This document shows positions 28,746-37,545 of a stretch of DNA of 64,000 bases, one piece after another. The stretch spans positions 22,638 through 86,637 of the forward strand of contig JAWOCD010000110.1 in assembly GCA_046483985.1 (NCBI GenBank), in the 5' to 3' direction. The first letter of the stretch is position 1; each line of letters begins with the position of its first letter. The notes beneath the pieces were generated by a model. It saw only the letters and a list, made by a program, of their open reading frames with translations, ran no database searches and was not told the origin of the DNA. The translations under genes were made by a program, and so were the position numbers. This DNA comes from Promethearchaeia archaeon (GTDB lineage: Archaea; Asgardarchaeota; Lokiarchaeia; Sigyniarchaeales; SOKP01).

Positions 28746-29056
28746 AGTATAATCCTAATTATTTAATTTATCATGATCTCATTGGAATTCATAGTTATGC
28801 ACGAAATAAATTCCATTCACATCAGTCACAATTCGCAGATATTGGTGTCGTGATTGATGACACGGAACAATTATTATTTACCAAAATAAATGAAACAACT
28901 AAAAAATATATTAAAAAAGATTATTTATTTCGGTTTTCCCTGCCCGAAACTACGTGGGGAGAATCAGTTTTATTAGAAGTGGACGGGACAAGGATAGTTG
29001 GACGTCCCGAAAACCGATTAAGATCATTAAGAAAAAAGAGATGGTATAAAATATGA
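28742..29056 (+). CDS. rnp1: RNase P protein component 1 (Rpp29/Pop4)
   Basis: Sits in the conserved slot between uL29 and uS17. HDLIGIHSYARNK and LLEVDGTRIVGRPENRL are Rpp29-like. Confidence 0.7.
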   Translation: MKYNPNYLIYHDLIGIHSYARNKFHSHQSQFADIGVVIDDTEQLLFTKINETTKKYIKKDYLFRFSLPETTWGESVLLEVDGTRIVGRPENRLRSLRKKRWYKI

Positions 29057-29400
29057 GTAGAAATATAGGAGTACCGAATGTAAGTCCTCCACCAAAAATA
29101 TGCTCGGACAAATATTGTCCGTTTCATGGAACAACCCGTATTCGGGGGAAGATCACCACTGGGGAAGTGGTGAGTAAAAAATCCAATAATACGGTTATCA
29201 TTCGACAAGATTATGTACATTTCGTCCCCAAATATCAACGATATGAGCGCAGAAATACTCGAATTACGTGTCATTTACCCGGGTGTTTAAATGATAAAGT
29301 AACAGTGGGCGATGATGTAATTATAGGTGAATCACGGAAGATTTCAAAAACCAAGGCTTTTATTGTATTAGATAAAGTTTCAAAGGAGGAAGTGATTTAA
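29053..29400 (+). CDS. rps17: 30S ribosomal protein uS17
   Basis: CSDKYCPFHGTTRIRGKITTGEVVSKKSNNTVII and GDDVIIGESRKISKTKAF. Confidence 0.9.
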   Translation: MSRNIGVPNVSPPPKICSDKYCPFHGTTRIRGKITTGEVVSKKSNNTVIIRQDYVHFVPKYQRYERRNTRITCHLPGCLNDKVTVGDDVIIGESRKISKTKAFIVLDKVSKEEVI

Positions 29401-29401
29401 A

Positions 29402-29833
29402 ATGGGTACACGTAGAAAAACGGGTCGAAAACGATTAGTAAAGCCCCGTACTTCCTATGGAGTTCAAAATGGCTCAAAAATCTTCATTACCGATAATTCT
29501 GGTGCCAAAATTGGTGAAATTTTAAATGTGGACCATTCTAAAACCCGTTTACGAAGGCTTCCCAAAGCGACTGTCGGGGACGTAGTTACTGTATCAATTA
29601 AGAAAGGAAAAAGTGAGCTTCGGGGTCAGATTATGAAAGCGGTGATTGTCAGACAAAGAAGAATCTACCGGAGACCCGATGGAACTCGCTTAAGCTTTGA
29701 GGATAACGCGGGAGTCATTATTATGGGGGATGGATTGGGTTCACCAAAAGGTACTGAAATTCGAGGACCTATTGCTCGGGAAGCCGCAGAATTATTTCCA
29801 CGCATAGCATCCATCTCATCATTAATTATTTAA
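29402..29833 (+). CDS. rpl14: 50S ribosomal protein uL14
   Basis: ITDNSGAK, VGDVVTVSIKKG, VIVRQRR.YRR.DG and EDNAGVII. Confidence 0.9.
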   Translation: MGTRRKTGRKRLVKPRTSYGVQNGSKIFITDNSGAKIGEILNVDHSKTRLRRLPKATVGDVVTVSIKKGKSELRGQIMKAVIVRQRRIYRRPDGTRLSFEDNAGVIIMGDGLGSPKGTEIRGPIAREAAELFPRIASISSLII

Positions 29834-29872
29834 TTATGTAACTAAATTATATATGAAAAGTGAATAAGATAT

Positions 29873-30328
29873 ATGAAAATTCCCAGCAAAAAACCTAAAA
29901 AACAAAGGAAGTCCCTCAAAACTGCAAAAAATCATCAGAGATCGAAATTGTTATCCACTCGATTAGCCGATTTTCTGCAGGAAGAGTATGGAGTTAAACA
30001 ATTACCGCTTCGAGTTGGCGACTCAATTCGCATCGTCAAGGGAGAGTTTAAGGATTTCGAAGGTGAGGTGGTTGAGATTGATTCCAAGAAACAGAGAGCT
30101 AAAATCAAAGAAGCGGTCTTTGAAAAAACAGACGGAACTGAATTTCATCCGTCTATCCATATTTCCAACCTAATTATTACCAGTTTCAAAGAAGAAGGAA
30201 AAAAGATGGATCCTTGGAGAGCGCACATGATTGAACGGAAAGAGGCGTTTCTCTATGATGAAGAAATCTTAGCACCAAAAAAAGAAAAAGCAAAAATGGA
30301 AAAAGGAAAAAAAGAGGTTAGAGAATAA
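29873..30328 (+). CDS. rpl24: 50S ribosomal protein uL24 (L26e-like)
   Basis: KOW motif LRVGDSIRIVKGEFKDFEGEVVEID, in operon position. Confidence 0.9.
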   Translation: MKIPSKKPKKQRKSLKTAKNHQRSKLLSTRLADFLQEEYGVKQLPLRVGDSIRIVKGEFKDFEGEVVEIDSKKQRAKIKEAVFEKTDGTEFHPSIHISNLIITSFKEEGKKMDPWRAHMIERKEAFLYDEEILAPKKEKAKMEKGKKEVRE

Positions 30329-31083
30329 TGACGAGACATTCAGGTCAAAAAAGATTAAAACGATTTAATACTCCAAAGTATTTCCAAATTAAGCGAAAAC
30401 ATGGAAAATTTACGGTGAAACCATCTTCAGGACCTCACCCCAGTAAGTTTTGTTTGCCCCTTTCACATATCCTCCGAGATATTTTGAAGATCTGTGATAG
30501 TTTTAGAGAAGCGAAAAAGCTTCTTCAATTGGGGGTAGCCAAAGTGGATGGTCGTGTGGTACGTGATGTGGCTTTTCCATTAGGGTTAATGGATGTATTA
30601 ACACTTAAAGATAAATTATATTATCGTGTTCTTCCGCATTCACATTATGGATTAATTTTACAAGAAATTGACGAAGCCGCCAGCCAGTTTAAAATCTGTC
30701 GAATAAACGAGAAAACGACCGTCAAGGGCGGAAATATTCAATTAAATCTCCATGATGGAAGAAACATTTTGATTGAAGTGAAGGATCCGGAAGAACCAAA
30801 AGAAGATGTCTATCAACGAATGGATGTTCTAAAAATATCCGTTCCGGAACAAGAAATTTTACAAACAATCAAATTACAAACAGGCGCAATTGGGCTGATC
30901 ATCGATGGATTGAACATCGGGAACTTCGGCAAGATTGTGGAAATTTCCAAGCGATTTGGACCTAATGCAAGTACTGTAACTATTGAAGATGAGGAAGGAA
31001 ATTTGATTCAAACTTCTTACGATTATATCTTTCCCTTAGGAACCGAAGCGCCTGAAATTGAAATAGAAAAGGAATCTGAATAG
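30328..31083 (+). CDS. rps4e: 30S ribosomal protein eS4
   Basis: GQKRLKRFNTPKYFQIKRKHGKFTVKPSSGPHP and VAKVDGRVVRD. Confidence 0.9.
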   Translation: MTRHSGQKRLKRFNTPKYFQIKRKHGKFTVKPSSGPHPSKFCLPLSHILRDILKICDSFREAKKLLQLGVAKVDGRVVRDVAFPLGLMDVLTLKDKLYYRVLPHSHYGLILQEIDEAASQFKICRINEKTTVKGGNIQLNLHDGRNILIEVKDPEEPKEDVYQRMDVLKISVPEQEILQTIKLQTGAIGLIIDGLNIGNFGKIVEISKRFGPNASTVTIEDEEGNLIQTSYDYIFPLGTEAPEIEIEKESE

Positions 31084-31108
31084 ATAAATATAAATGGTGA
31101 AATAAAGT

Positions 31109-31690
31109 ATGGCAAAAACGACTCAACAATTAAGTCCCACGGACTATGATGAAAAGTGGAAAAATCCCATGAAACGTCCGTTTCTTGAGAAATTAGTGCT
31201 TAGTATCGGTGTCGGAGGTGGAGGGGAAGAATTAGAAAGAGCGGTTGCTGTCTTGCGTACGATCACAGGAAAAGAACCGAAGCGTACACTTTCTAAAAAG
31301 AATGTTAAAGAATGGGATGTGAGGAAAGGTCGTCCCGTTGGCTGTAAGGTTACAGTTAGGAACGAGGAAGCGGAGAAATTACTTAAACGCTTATTAATCG
31401 TTAATAACAATAAAATGCTCAGAGAAAGTTTTGATGACCGGGGCAACTTTGGCTTCGGGATCAAGGAACACATTTCCATCCCGGGCATAGAATATGATAA
31501 TGCAATCGGGATATATGGATTAAATGTAACAGGGCGAATTGTTCGTCCAGGGATGCGTGTACAGACTCGGCGAATACGCAGAGCAAAAATCCCAAAAGAT
31601 CATTATGTGTCAAGAGATGAGGCACAATACTATTTAAAGAAAAAGTTTGATATAGAAATTGTCGAAGAACTAGAATTAGATTATATTTAA
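31109..31690 (+). CDS. rpl5: 50S ribosomal protein uL5
   Basis: NPMKRPFLEKLVLSIGVGG, FDDRGNFGFGIKEH and YGLNVT. Confidence 0.9.
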   Translation: MAKTTQQLSPTDYDEKWKNPMKRPFLEKLVLSIGVGGGGEELERAVAVLRTITGKEPKRTLSKKNVKEWDVRKGRPVGCKVTVRNEEAEKLLKRLLIVNNNKMLRESFDDRGNFGFGIKEHISIPGIEYDNAIGIYGLNVTGRIVRPGMRVQTRRIRRAKIPKDHYVSRDEAQYYLKKKFDIEIVEELELDYI

Positions 31691-31714
31691 ATTTATTATA
31701 TTAAAAAGAGGAAG

Positions 31715-31870
31715 ATTATTATTCCACAAAATAAAAAATATGGAAAAGGAACTCGAACTTGTCGGCGCTGTGGCACAAATCGCGCCATTATTCGGCGTTA
31801 TGGGTTAAATATCTGCCGCAGATGTTTTAATGAGGTTGCCGAAAAAATAGGGTTCGAAAGTTTCCATTAA
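31715..31870 (+). CDS. rps14: 30S ribosomal protein uS14 (zinc type); absent from the ORF track because the frame has no ATG/GTG/TTG, so an ATT start is inferred
   Basis: The frame is open from 31691 to TAA at 31868-31870 and encodes ..IIIPQNKKYGKGTRTCRRCGTNRAIIRRYGLNICRRCFNEVAEKIGFESFH (CxxC..CxxC uS14 signature). It sits in the conserved slot between uL5 and uS8. GAGG at 31708-31711 precedes ATT ATT ATT at 31715-31723. The exact start is uncertain. Confidence 0.75.
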   Translation: MIIPQNKKYGKGTRTCRRCGTNRAIIRRYGLNICRRCFNEVAEKIGFESFH

Positions 31871-31891
31871 CAAAAAGGAGGTTTATTAAGA

Positions 31892-32275
31892 ATGGTTAAT
31901 CCACTAGCAGACGCAATGAATATGCTTAAGAATGCCGAAGCGGCACGTAAAAAAGAAGTAATTATTAGTCCTGCGTCCAAATTAATTCAAAGGGTCCTTA
32001 GAATTTTCCAAAAATATGCTTATATCGGGGAATTCGAAAGATATGATGATGGACGACAAGGAAAGTTTAAAGTATCCCTTTTAGGAAAAATTAATGAGTG
32101 CAAAAAGCTCCTTCGGCTAAATTATAAAGTTGATCAATTATCAAAATTAGAAAGAAAAAATTTACCTGCCCCAGGCTTCGGCTTGGTTATAATCAGTACC
32201 AATCAAGGATTAATGACAAGCAGAGAAGCGGGAAAAAAAAATATTGGGGGAGTAGCAATAGCATTTGTATATTAA
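31892..32275 (+). CDS. rps8: 30S ribosomal protein uS8
   Basis: NPLADAMNMLKNAE and the ending GGVAIAFVY, in operon position. Confidence 0.9.
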   Translation: MVNPLADAMNMLKNAEAARKKEVIISPASKLIQRVLRIFQKYAYIGEFERYDDGRQGKFKVSLLGKINECKKLLRLNYKVDQLSKLERKNLPAPGFGLVIISTNQGLMTSREAGKKNIGGVAIAFVY

Positions 32276-32295
32276 TGTAGCGAGGATGATTAAAA

Positions 32296-32880
32296 ATGGT
32301 AAAAGTAGCATTTTTTAGAGAAACAATCGACATCCCTGAGGATGTAGATGTGCAAGTTGAAGAAAATAGTAAAGTTACGATTAAAGGCCCAGAAGGAGGA
32401 CCGTTGGAAAAGGATTTTTCTCATGCTCGAGGCATTAAAATTTCTAAAGAGAATGATCAATTAGTATTTTCAGCCAATTTCCCGAAGGGATCTACCGTTA
32501 GCTTGGCTAATACTATCATTAATATAGTCCAAAACATCATTAAAGGGGTACAAAAATCCTACAAATATGTATGCAAGATATGTAGCTCTCACTTTCCTTT
32601 CACCGTTGAGGTTAAAGAGCGGAAAAAGGAATTACATGTTGTTAATTTTCTCGGCGAGAAAGCTCCACGTGTGATAAAATATAAACCATCGTTAATGGAT
32701 GTCGAAGTAAAAGATGATGATGTTTATTTAATTGGACCCGACAAGGAACTTTTAGGCCAAGTTGCTGCAAATCTCAAGAAAATATGTCATATTAAACTAA
32801 AAGATCCCAGAATCTATCAAGATGGAGTTTATTTATTCCAAAAGAAGTTAGGAAACAAAATTTTATGGGAAATACGTTAA
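32296..32880 (+). CDS. rpl6: 50S ribosomal protein uL6
   Basis: VTIKGPEGGPLEKDF and HFPFTVEVK, in operon position. Confidence 0.9.
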   Translation: MVKVAFFRETIDIPEDVDVQVEENSKVTIKGPEGGPLEKDFSHARGIKISKENDQLVFSANFPKGSTVSLANTIINIVQNIIKGVQKSYKYVCKICSSHFPFTVEVKERKKELHVVNFLGEKAPRVIKYKPSLMDVEVKDDDVYLIGPDKELLGQVAANLKKICHIKLKDPRIYQDGVYLFQKKLGNKILWEIR

Positions 32881-32927
32881 TAAAATTAAATAATACAAAA
32901 TATTTTTAATCAGCAAACTCATCAATA

Positions 32928-33491
32928 TTGAATTATGTTTATGAAAGAGTGTCTAAAATGAGTAATGAAAAAGAAAGATTAATGAAACTTCGGAAGAAAT
33001 TAAAGAAAAAGAAACCGTCGTTTAACCGGGTGGAATCGTGGCGCCATAAACGCGTTAAGGATTCCTGGAGGAAAGCGCGTGGTATCGATTCCAAAACAAG
33101 GAAAAAAACAAAATCCGGTGTCAAATCGCCTAATGTAGGCTATAGAAGCCCGAAAGCTGTGCGTGGCTTACATCCCTCTGGCTATGAAGAAGTACATGTG
33201 ATTACCAAGAAAGATATTGAAGGATTGGATCCTAACAAACAAGCATTGACTCTTTCTGGGAGATTAGGCGCCCGAAAACGTATGGATTTGATCGATTATG
33301 CCCAAAAAAGAGGCTTTAAAATTTTGAATTTGGGTGTTTCAGAAGCAGAGTTAGAAAGTATTGAGGAAATGTTGGAGACCTCTATTGAGGATATTGAAGG
33401 CTTTGAAGATTTTGATGAGGAAGAATTGGGAGGATTTGAGGAAGAAGATTTTGAAGATTTTGATTTTGAAGATTTTGATGAGGAAATATAA
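32928..33491 (+). CDS. rpl32e: 50S ribosomal protein eL32 with acidic F/D/E-rich C-terminal extension (the true start may be the ATG at 32958)
   Basis: KKPSFNRVESWRHKRVKDSWRKARGIDSK and GYRSPKAVRGLHPSGYEEV. The tail is EDFDEEELGGFEEEDFEDFDFEDFDEEI. Confidence 0.85.
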   Translation: MNYVYERVSKMSNEKERLMKLRKKLKKKKPSFNRVESWRHKRVKDSWRKARGIDSKTRKKTKSGVKSPNVGYRSPKAVRGLHPSGYEEVHVITKKDIEGLDPNKQALTLSGRLGARKRMDLIDYAQKRGFKILNLGVSEAELESIEEMLETSIEDIEGFEDFDEEELGGFEEEDFEDFDFEDFDEEI

Positions 33492-33516
33492 ATACCGAAA
33501 GGAGGAATGAGAAGAA

Positions 33517-33972
33517 ATGAATTTAAAGGCTCAAAAGCGAATGGCTGCGGATATTCTCAAATGTGGGGAATCTCAAGTATACTTTGACCCGTATTTAATC
33601 GAGGATATCAAATTGGCCATCACTCGAGATGATATTCGGAGTTTAATTAAAGAGGGGGCAATTCGCAAAAGATATGAAAAGGGAATTTCAAAAAGCAGAA
33701 AGAAAAGACAACATCAACGGAAAAAAAAGGGAAGAGCTCGCGGTTTGGGAAAAAGAAAAGGCACGAAAAAAGCCCGGACCCCGAAAAAAAAATCGTGGAT
33801 TCAAAGAATTCGCCCACAAAGAAAAGAGTTAAAAAAATTACGTGATCGAAAATCCATAACACGTTCGACATATCGGGATTTATATAAGAAAGCAAAAGGT
33901 GGGATGTTTGATAGCGTCCGGCAACTTCACAAGTATATAGAGGAAAATGACTTAATGCGGAGGGGAAGATAA
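33517..33972 (+). CDS. rpl19e: 50S ribosomal protein eL19
   Basis: MNLKAQKRMAADILKCGESQVYFDP and a basic KKRQHQRKKKGRARG region. Confidence 0.9.
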   Translation: MNLKAQKRMAADILKCGESQVYFDPYLIEDIKLAITRDDIRSLIKEGAIRKRYEKGISKSRKKRQHQRKKKGRARGLGKRKGTKKARTPKKKSWIQRIRPQRKELKKLRDRKSITRSTYRDLYKKAKGGMFDSVRQLHKYIEENDLMRRGR

Positions 33973-33974
33973 AA

Positions 33975-34568
33975 ATGGCAAAAGGACCGAGATATAGACG
34001 ACCATTCCGAAGAAGGGTAGAAGGAAAAACGAACTATCATAGAAGATTAAAATTAATCAAGTCCCGAAAGCTTCGGTTAGTAATTCGGGTTTCTTCTAAC
34101 CATGCAAGAGTGCAAGTAGTTAAATCAAAAATCGGAGGCGATGAGGTGCTAGTTTCAGCCTTTTCAAAAGAGCTTGTGAATGATTATGGATGGGATGCAA
34201 ATACTGGAAATATTCCTGCTGCCTATTTAACGGGTTATTTGGCTGGAAAACGAGCACAAGAAGAGGGCATTGAAGAGGCAATTCTTGATTTAGGTCTTTT
34301 TTATCATCGAAATCGGGTATTAAGTGCGTTTAAAGGATTTTTAGAATCTAAAATTTTAGTTCCTTATAGAGAGGACTTTTTTCCGGATGGATTAAAAGAC
34401 CAGATTGATGGCGCTCATATTCAAAATTATGCGAAAACTCTTAAAAATTCAGATAAAGAAGAATATGAAGAAGTATTTTCAGGGTATTTACAAGAAAAAA
34501 AAATGGATCCTACTAAATTTACGAAACATTTTCAAAAAATTTTAAAAAAAATAGATAAAAACTTTTAA
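33975..34568 (+). CDS. rpl18: 50S ribosomal protein uL18
   Basis: GPRYRRPFRRRVEGKTNYHRRLKLIKS and LVIRVSSNHARVQV. Confidence 0.9.
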   Translation: MAKGPRYRRPFRRRVEGKTNYHRRLKLIKSRKLRLVIRVSSNHARVQVVKSKIGGDEVLVSAFSKELVNDYGWDANTGNIPAAYLTGYLAGKRAQEEGIEEAILDLGLFYHRNRVLSAFKGFLESKILVPYREDFFPDGLKDQIDGAHIQNYAKTLKNSDKEEYEEVFSGYLQEKKMDPTKFTKHFQKILKKIDKNF

Positions 34569-34580
34569 ATGTGAAATAAT

Positions 34581-35195
34581 ATGGCTAGAAAAAAGGAAAA
34601 TCTTAAAAAATGGGTTCCGAAAACGAAACTCGGAGATCAAGTCAAAAATGGATTAATCACATTAGATAAAATTTACCAGAAAAATCTAATTGTGAAAGAG
34701 AAAGAAATCATTTCTATGCTTTTACCCGAACTCACAGAAGATGTCATTACAATTTCAATGGTTCAGCAAATGACTACTTCTGGCCAGAAAAGAAGATTTA
34801 AAGCAGTAGTAATTGTGGGAACTGAAGGATATTTGGGAATCGCGACTTCAAAATCTCCTGAAGTGGGACCCGCAATTCGTTCGGCGATTGATAAAGCAAA
34901 ATTAAATTTAATACCAGTTAGGCGGGGCTGCGGTAGTAAAGAATGTGGGTGCGGCGGAAATCATAGTATACCCTTCCGTATAGAAGGTAAATGCGGTTCA
35001 GTCCGTATCCATTTAATACCTGCGCCAGCTGGTGTTGGCTTAGCATGTGCTGATAAAGTTAAGCAAGTATTAAGCTTATGTGGTATCCAAGATATTTGGA
35101 GCAAGACATTCGGAGATACTCGTACGAGTGAAAATCTGGTAAAAGCCACGTTTAATGCACTTCGTAATGCACATAAATATTCCTATAATTTATGA
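34581..35195 (+). CDS. rps5: 30S ribosomal protein uS5
   Basis: KRRFKAVVIVGTEGYLGIATSKS and IHLIPAPAGVGLACAD. Confidence 0.9.
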   Translation: MARKKENLKKWVPKTKLGDQVKNGLITLDKIYQKNLIVKEKEIISMLLPELTEDVITISMVQQMTTSGQKRRFKAVVIVGTEGYLGIATSKSPEVGPAIRSAIDKAKLNLIPVRRGCGSKECGCGGNHSIPFRIEGKCGSVRIHLIPAPAGVGLACADKVKQVLSLCGIQDIWSKTFGDTRTSENLVKATFNALRNAHKYSYNL

Positions 35196-35200
35196 GGTAA

Positions 35201-35734
35201 GTGATTGTAATGGCTAAAGTTAAAAAGAAAAAAAAGTCGAAAAATTTACAAGATAATGCTCAACTCTACTTTGTTGTGCGCATTAGAGGTGCTCCTGGTA
35301 TGAGAAGGACAATCCTGGACACGCTCCAAATGTTGCGAATGCATAAGGTAAATCATGGTGTGCTTATTTGGGGCGAAAAAAGTTTTAAAGGAATGCTCCA
35401 GAAATGCAATAATTATATTACTTACGGGGAAATTGATGAAGAAACGCTTATTTCCCTCCTTAGAGAACGAGGTCGAATAATCGGAGATCGACGGTTAACT
35501 GATTCTGCCGTCGAAGATCTTATGGGATATGAAAGTATTGAAGATTTTGCAAGAGCATTATTGGATGGGGAAATTCAATATAAAGCTAATGATTTAAACA
35601 AAATCAAACCTGTATTTCGATTACATCCTCCCCGAAAAGGTTTCAAAGGTACTATAAAACGCCATAGGAAAGAAGGTGGAGCTTTAGGATATATTGGAAA
35701 GGATATTAATCAACTTATACAACGTATGATATAA
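35201..35734 (+). CDS. rpl30: 50S ribosomal protein uL30 (L7e-like)
   Basis: LYFVVRIRGAPGMRRTILDTLQMLRMHKVNHGVLI. The start may be the ATG at 35210. Confidence 0.9.
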   Translation: MIVMAKVKKKKKSKNLQDNAQLYFVVRIRGAPGMRRTILDTLQMLRMHKVNHGVLIWGEKSFKGMLQKCNNYITYGEIDEETLISLLRERGRIIGDRRLTDSAVEDLMGYESIEDFARALLDGEIQYKANDLNKIKPVFRLHPPRKGFKGTIKRHRKEGGALGYIGKDINQLIQRMI

Positions 35735-35738
35735 TGAG

Positions 35739-36230
35739 GTGGAAAAATTGAGAAAGCATAAGAAAAAAACAAAAAAGAAGCGAGGCTCTCGAGTTATGGG
35801 CTACGGAAGAGTTGGTCAGCATCGAAAGACTGGACAACGAGCCGGAAGAGGTAAGACGACCCAATGGAAGAAGAGTAAAAAATCATATTATTTGAAACAG
35901 AAGGAGTTAGGTTTTCCAGATGAGGATTGGAAGGTAGGAAAGCGTGGATTTAAGCGCCCGCAAAAAGTAGTAAGGAGAAATATTACGAATATAATGAACG
36001 TCAAGGATTTAGATTTAAATCTTGAGGATTATATTGAAGAGGATGTTGCGGAGAAGTCTGGAAAAACCTATTCAATTGATTTAACTGATTTAGATATCCA
36101 AAAATTACTCGGACGGGGGAAAATTACCAAGCCCGTTAACATTAAGGTTCAAAAAGCTTCCAAAGGAGCCATTAAAAAAGTGGAGGAAGCTGGTGGTAAA
36201 GTGACCTTGCTTTCGGAATCTGAAGAATAA
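35739..36230 (+). CDS. rpl15: 50S ribosomal protein uL15
   Basis: KKKRGSRVMGYGRVGQHRKTGQRAGRG. It is the last gene of the cluster and has a GTG start. Confidence 0.85.
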   Translation: MEKLRKHKKKTKKKRGSRVMGYGRVGQHRKTGQRAGRGKTTQWKKSKKSYYLKQKELGFPDEDWKVGKRGFKRPQKVVRRNITNIMNVKDLDLNLEDYIEEDVAEKSGKTYSIDLTDLDIQKLLGRGKITKPVNIKVQKASKGAIKKVEEAGGKVTLLSESEE

Positions 36231-36264
36231 TTCCTATTTTTATTTAATTTTCTACTTTTATTAC

Positions 36265-36407
36265 TATAGTCTTTTGCATAAGTTTTTTACATTTTATAAT
36301 TCCAGTTTTTCTAATTTATAGTAACTTTAAATATCTACCCTTAATTCTGAAAAGAAGCGTGATATCTGGATATATATGATTAAAAATTATTATAGCAAAA
36401 GACTATA
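36265..36407. repeat. MITE-like element with 13-nt perfect terminal inverted repeats
   Basis: TATAGTCTTTTGC (36265-36277) and GCAAAAGACTATA (36395-36407) are inverted repeats. The first 76 nt or so are repeated (inverted) at 5302-5381. There is no ORF inside. Confidence 0.55.
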
Positions 36408-36437
36408 ATACCTTTTACCCTTTTAAATCATCCATTA

Positions 36438-37154
36438 TTATAGATCAAGCATTTTATAGATAGTTTGTATTAATACGGGTAAAACAAAGATGAAGAGTAA
36501 AATATTTGCAATTAAATGAACTGTGGTAAATGAAATTCCAATTAGATATGTGGGCCAAAAGGCTTCTAATGTGCCAAAAAAGAAAAGTGCATGGATCATT
36601 GTGGTTGATATATCAAATATAAATGTTAATAATCCGCCTGTGGAGCCAAAAAGGAGTATAACCTTTAATTTATATAGATCCTTCTGGGGCTGAAAATATG
36701 GTTTATCTTTAATGAAATCCTTCATAAATCCCCCTATTAGAGCAATAGAAGCGTAATAGACAATCTGAAATACAAGAAGCGGTAAAGGTGATGCTCCCAT
36801 CGGGTTAAAAAAACAAAACAAAAAAGAACTCATCAATCCTATTACGGCTCCATCTTTTTTTCCCATAATAAATCCCGATAGAAAGAGCATTATAAAAACT
36901 AATTGAATATTGGGAATATAGATTAGTAAAAATCCCAAGACAATAATTAAAGCGGTAAAAATCGCCATTATGGTAAATCGAAAGGATTTTTTGTCTAACC
37001 ACTTCGGATCACTCATTGTTTCCTTTTCTGTCTTTTTACGCGGGTATCTGACTTCCCTCTCTTCAAGGTTATAACTTGAAGTGGGGCAACCCTTCCCTTT
37101 TATCTTTTGATCCAAGGTTACACTTATTTCATTTTTATTGTTCTCTACTGTCAT
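36438..37154 (-). CDS. polytopic membrane protein, possibly an ECF-transporter S-component-like substrate binder
   Basis: 238 aa with a hydrophilic N-tail and about 6 TM helices. It neighbours a DUF4430 protein. No diagnostic motif was recognised. Confidence 0.3.
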   Translation of the reverse strand: MTVENNKNEISVTLDQKIKGKGCPTSSYNLEEREVRYPRKKTEKETMSDPKWLDKKSFRFTIMAIFTALIIVLGFLLIYIPNIQLVFIMLFLSGFIMGKKDGAVIGLMSSFLFCFFNPMGASPLPLLVFQIVYYASIALIGGFMKDFIKDKPYFQPQKDLYKLKVILLFGSTGGLLTFIFDISTTMIHALFFFGTLEAFWPTYLIGISFTTVHLIANILLFIFVLPVLIQTIYKMLDL

Positions 37155-37545
37155 GAGTCATCCGAGTCTAATTTTTCCTGACTATTTTAATAAATACACT
37201 TTCGTTTTTATAATATAGGATAAATTTCCTATTTGTAATGGATACAGAGATTATGTTTCCTAAAATCGATGAAAGTGATTATAATAAGATCACCCGAAAT
37301 ATGTTACTCAATAACAGTATATCTTTTATTATGAAGTGACATCAGTAGGGAATGAGGTGTACAATAAGTCTCTTGAAAATGCCGGGATTCCCGTTTTTTA
37401 ACATTTTATTTTTCACATTTATTTTTACACTAAATTTTTTTTATCAGCCAAAACCTAAATTTTTTATTTATTGGAAACTTTTTTCAAATAGGAAAGCTAA
37501 CCTAGGATACCTTATCCTAAAAAATATTAGAAATTTGAATTAAAA

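Noticed and set aside
37240-37341. 33-codon ATG ORF (MDTEIMFPKIDESDYNKITRNMLLNNSISFIMK) in the 390-nt divergent intergenic region
   Set aside because: It is too short, with no SD-like motif or homology that I can recognise. It cannot be told apart from a chance ORF.
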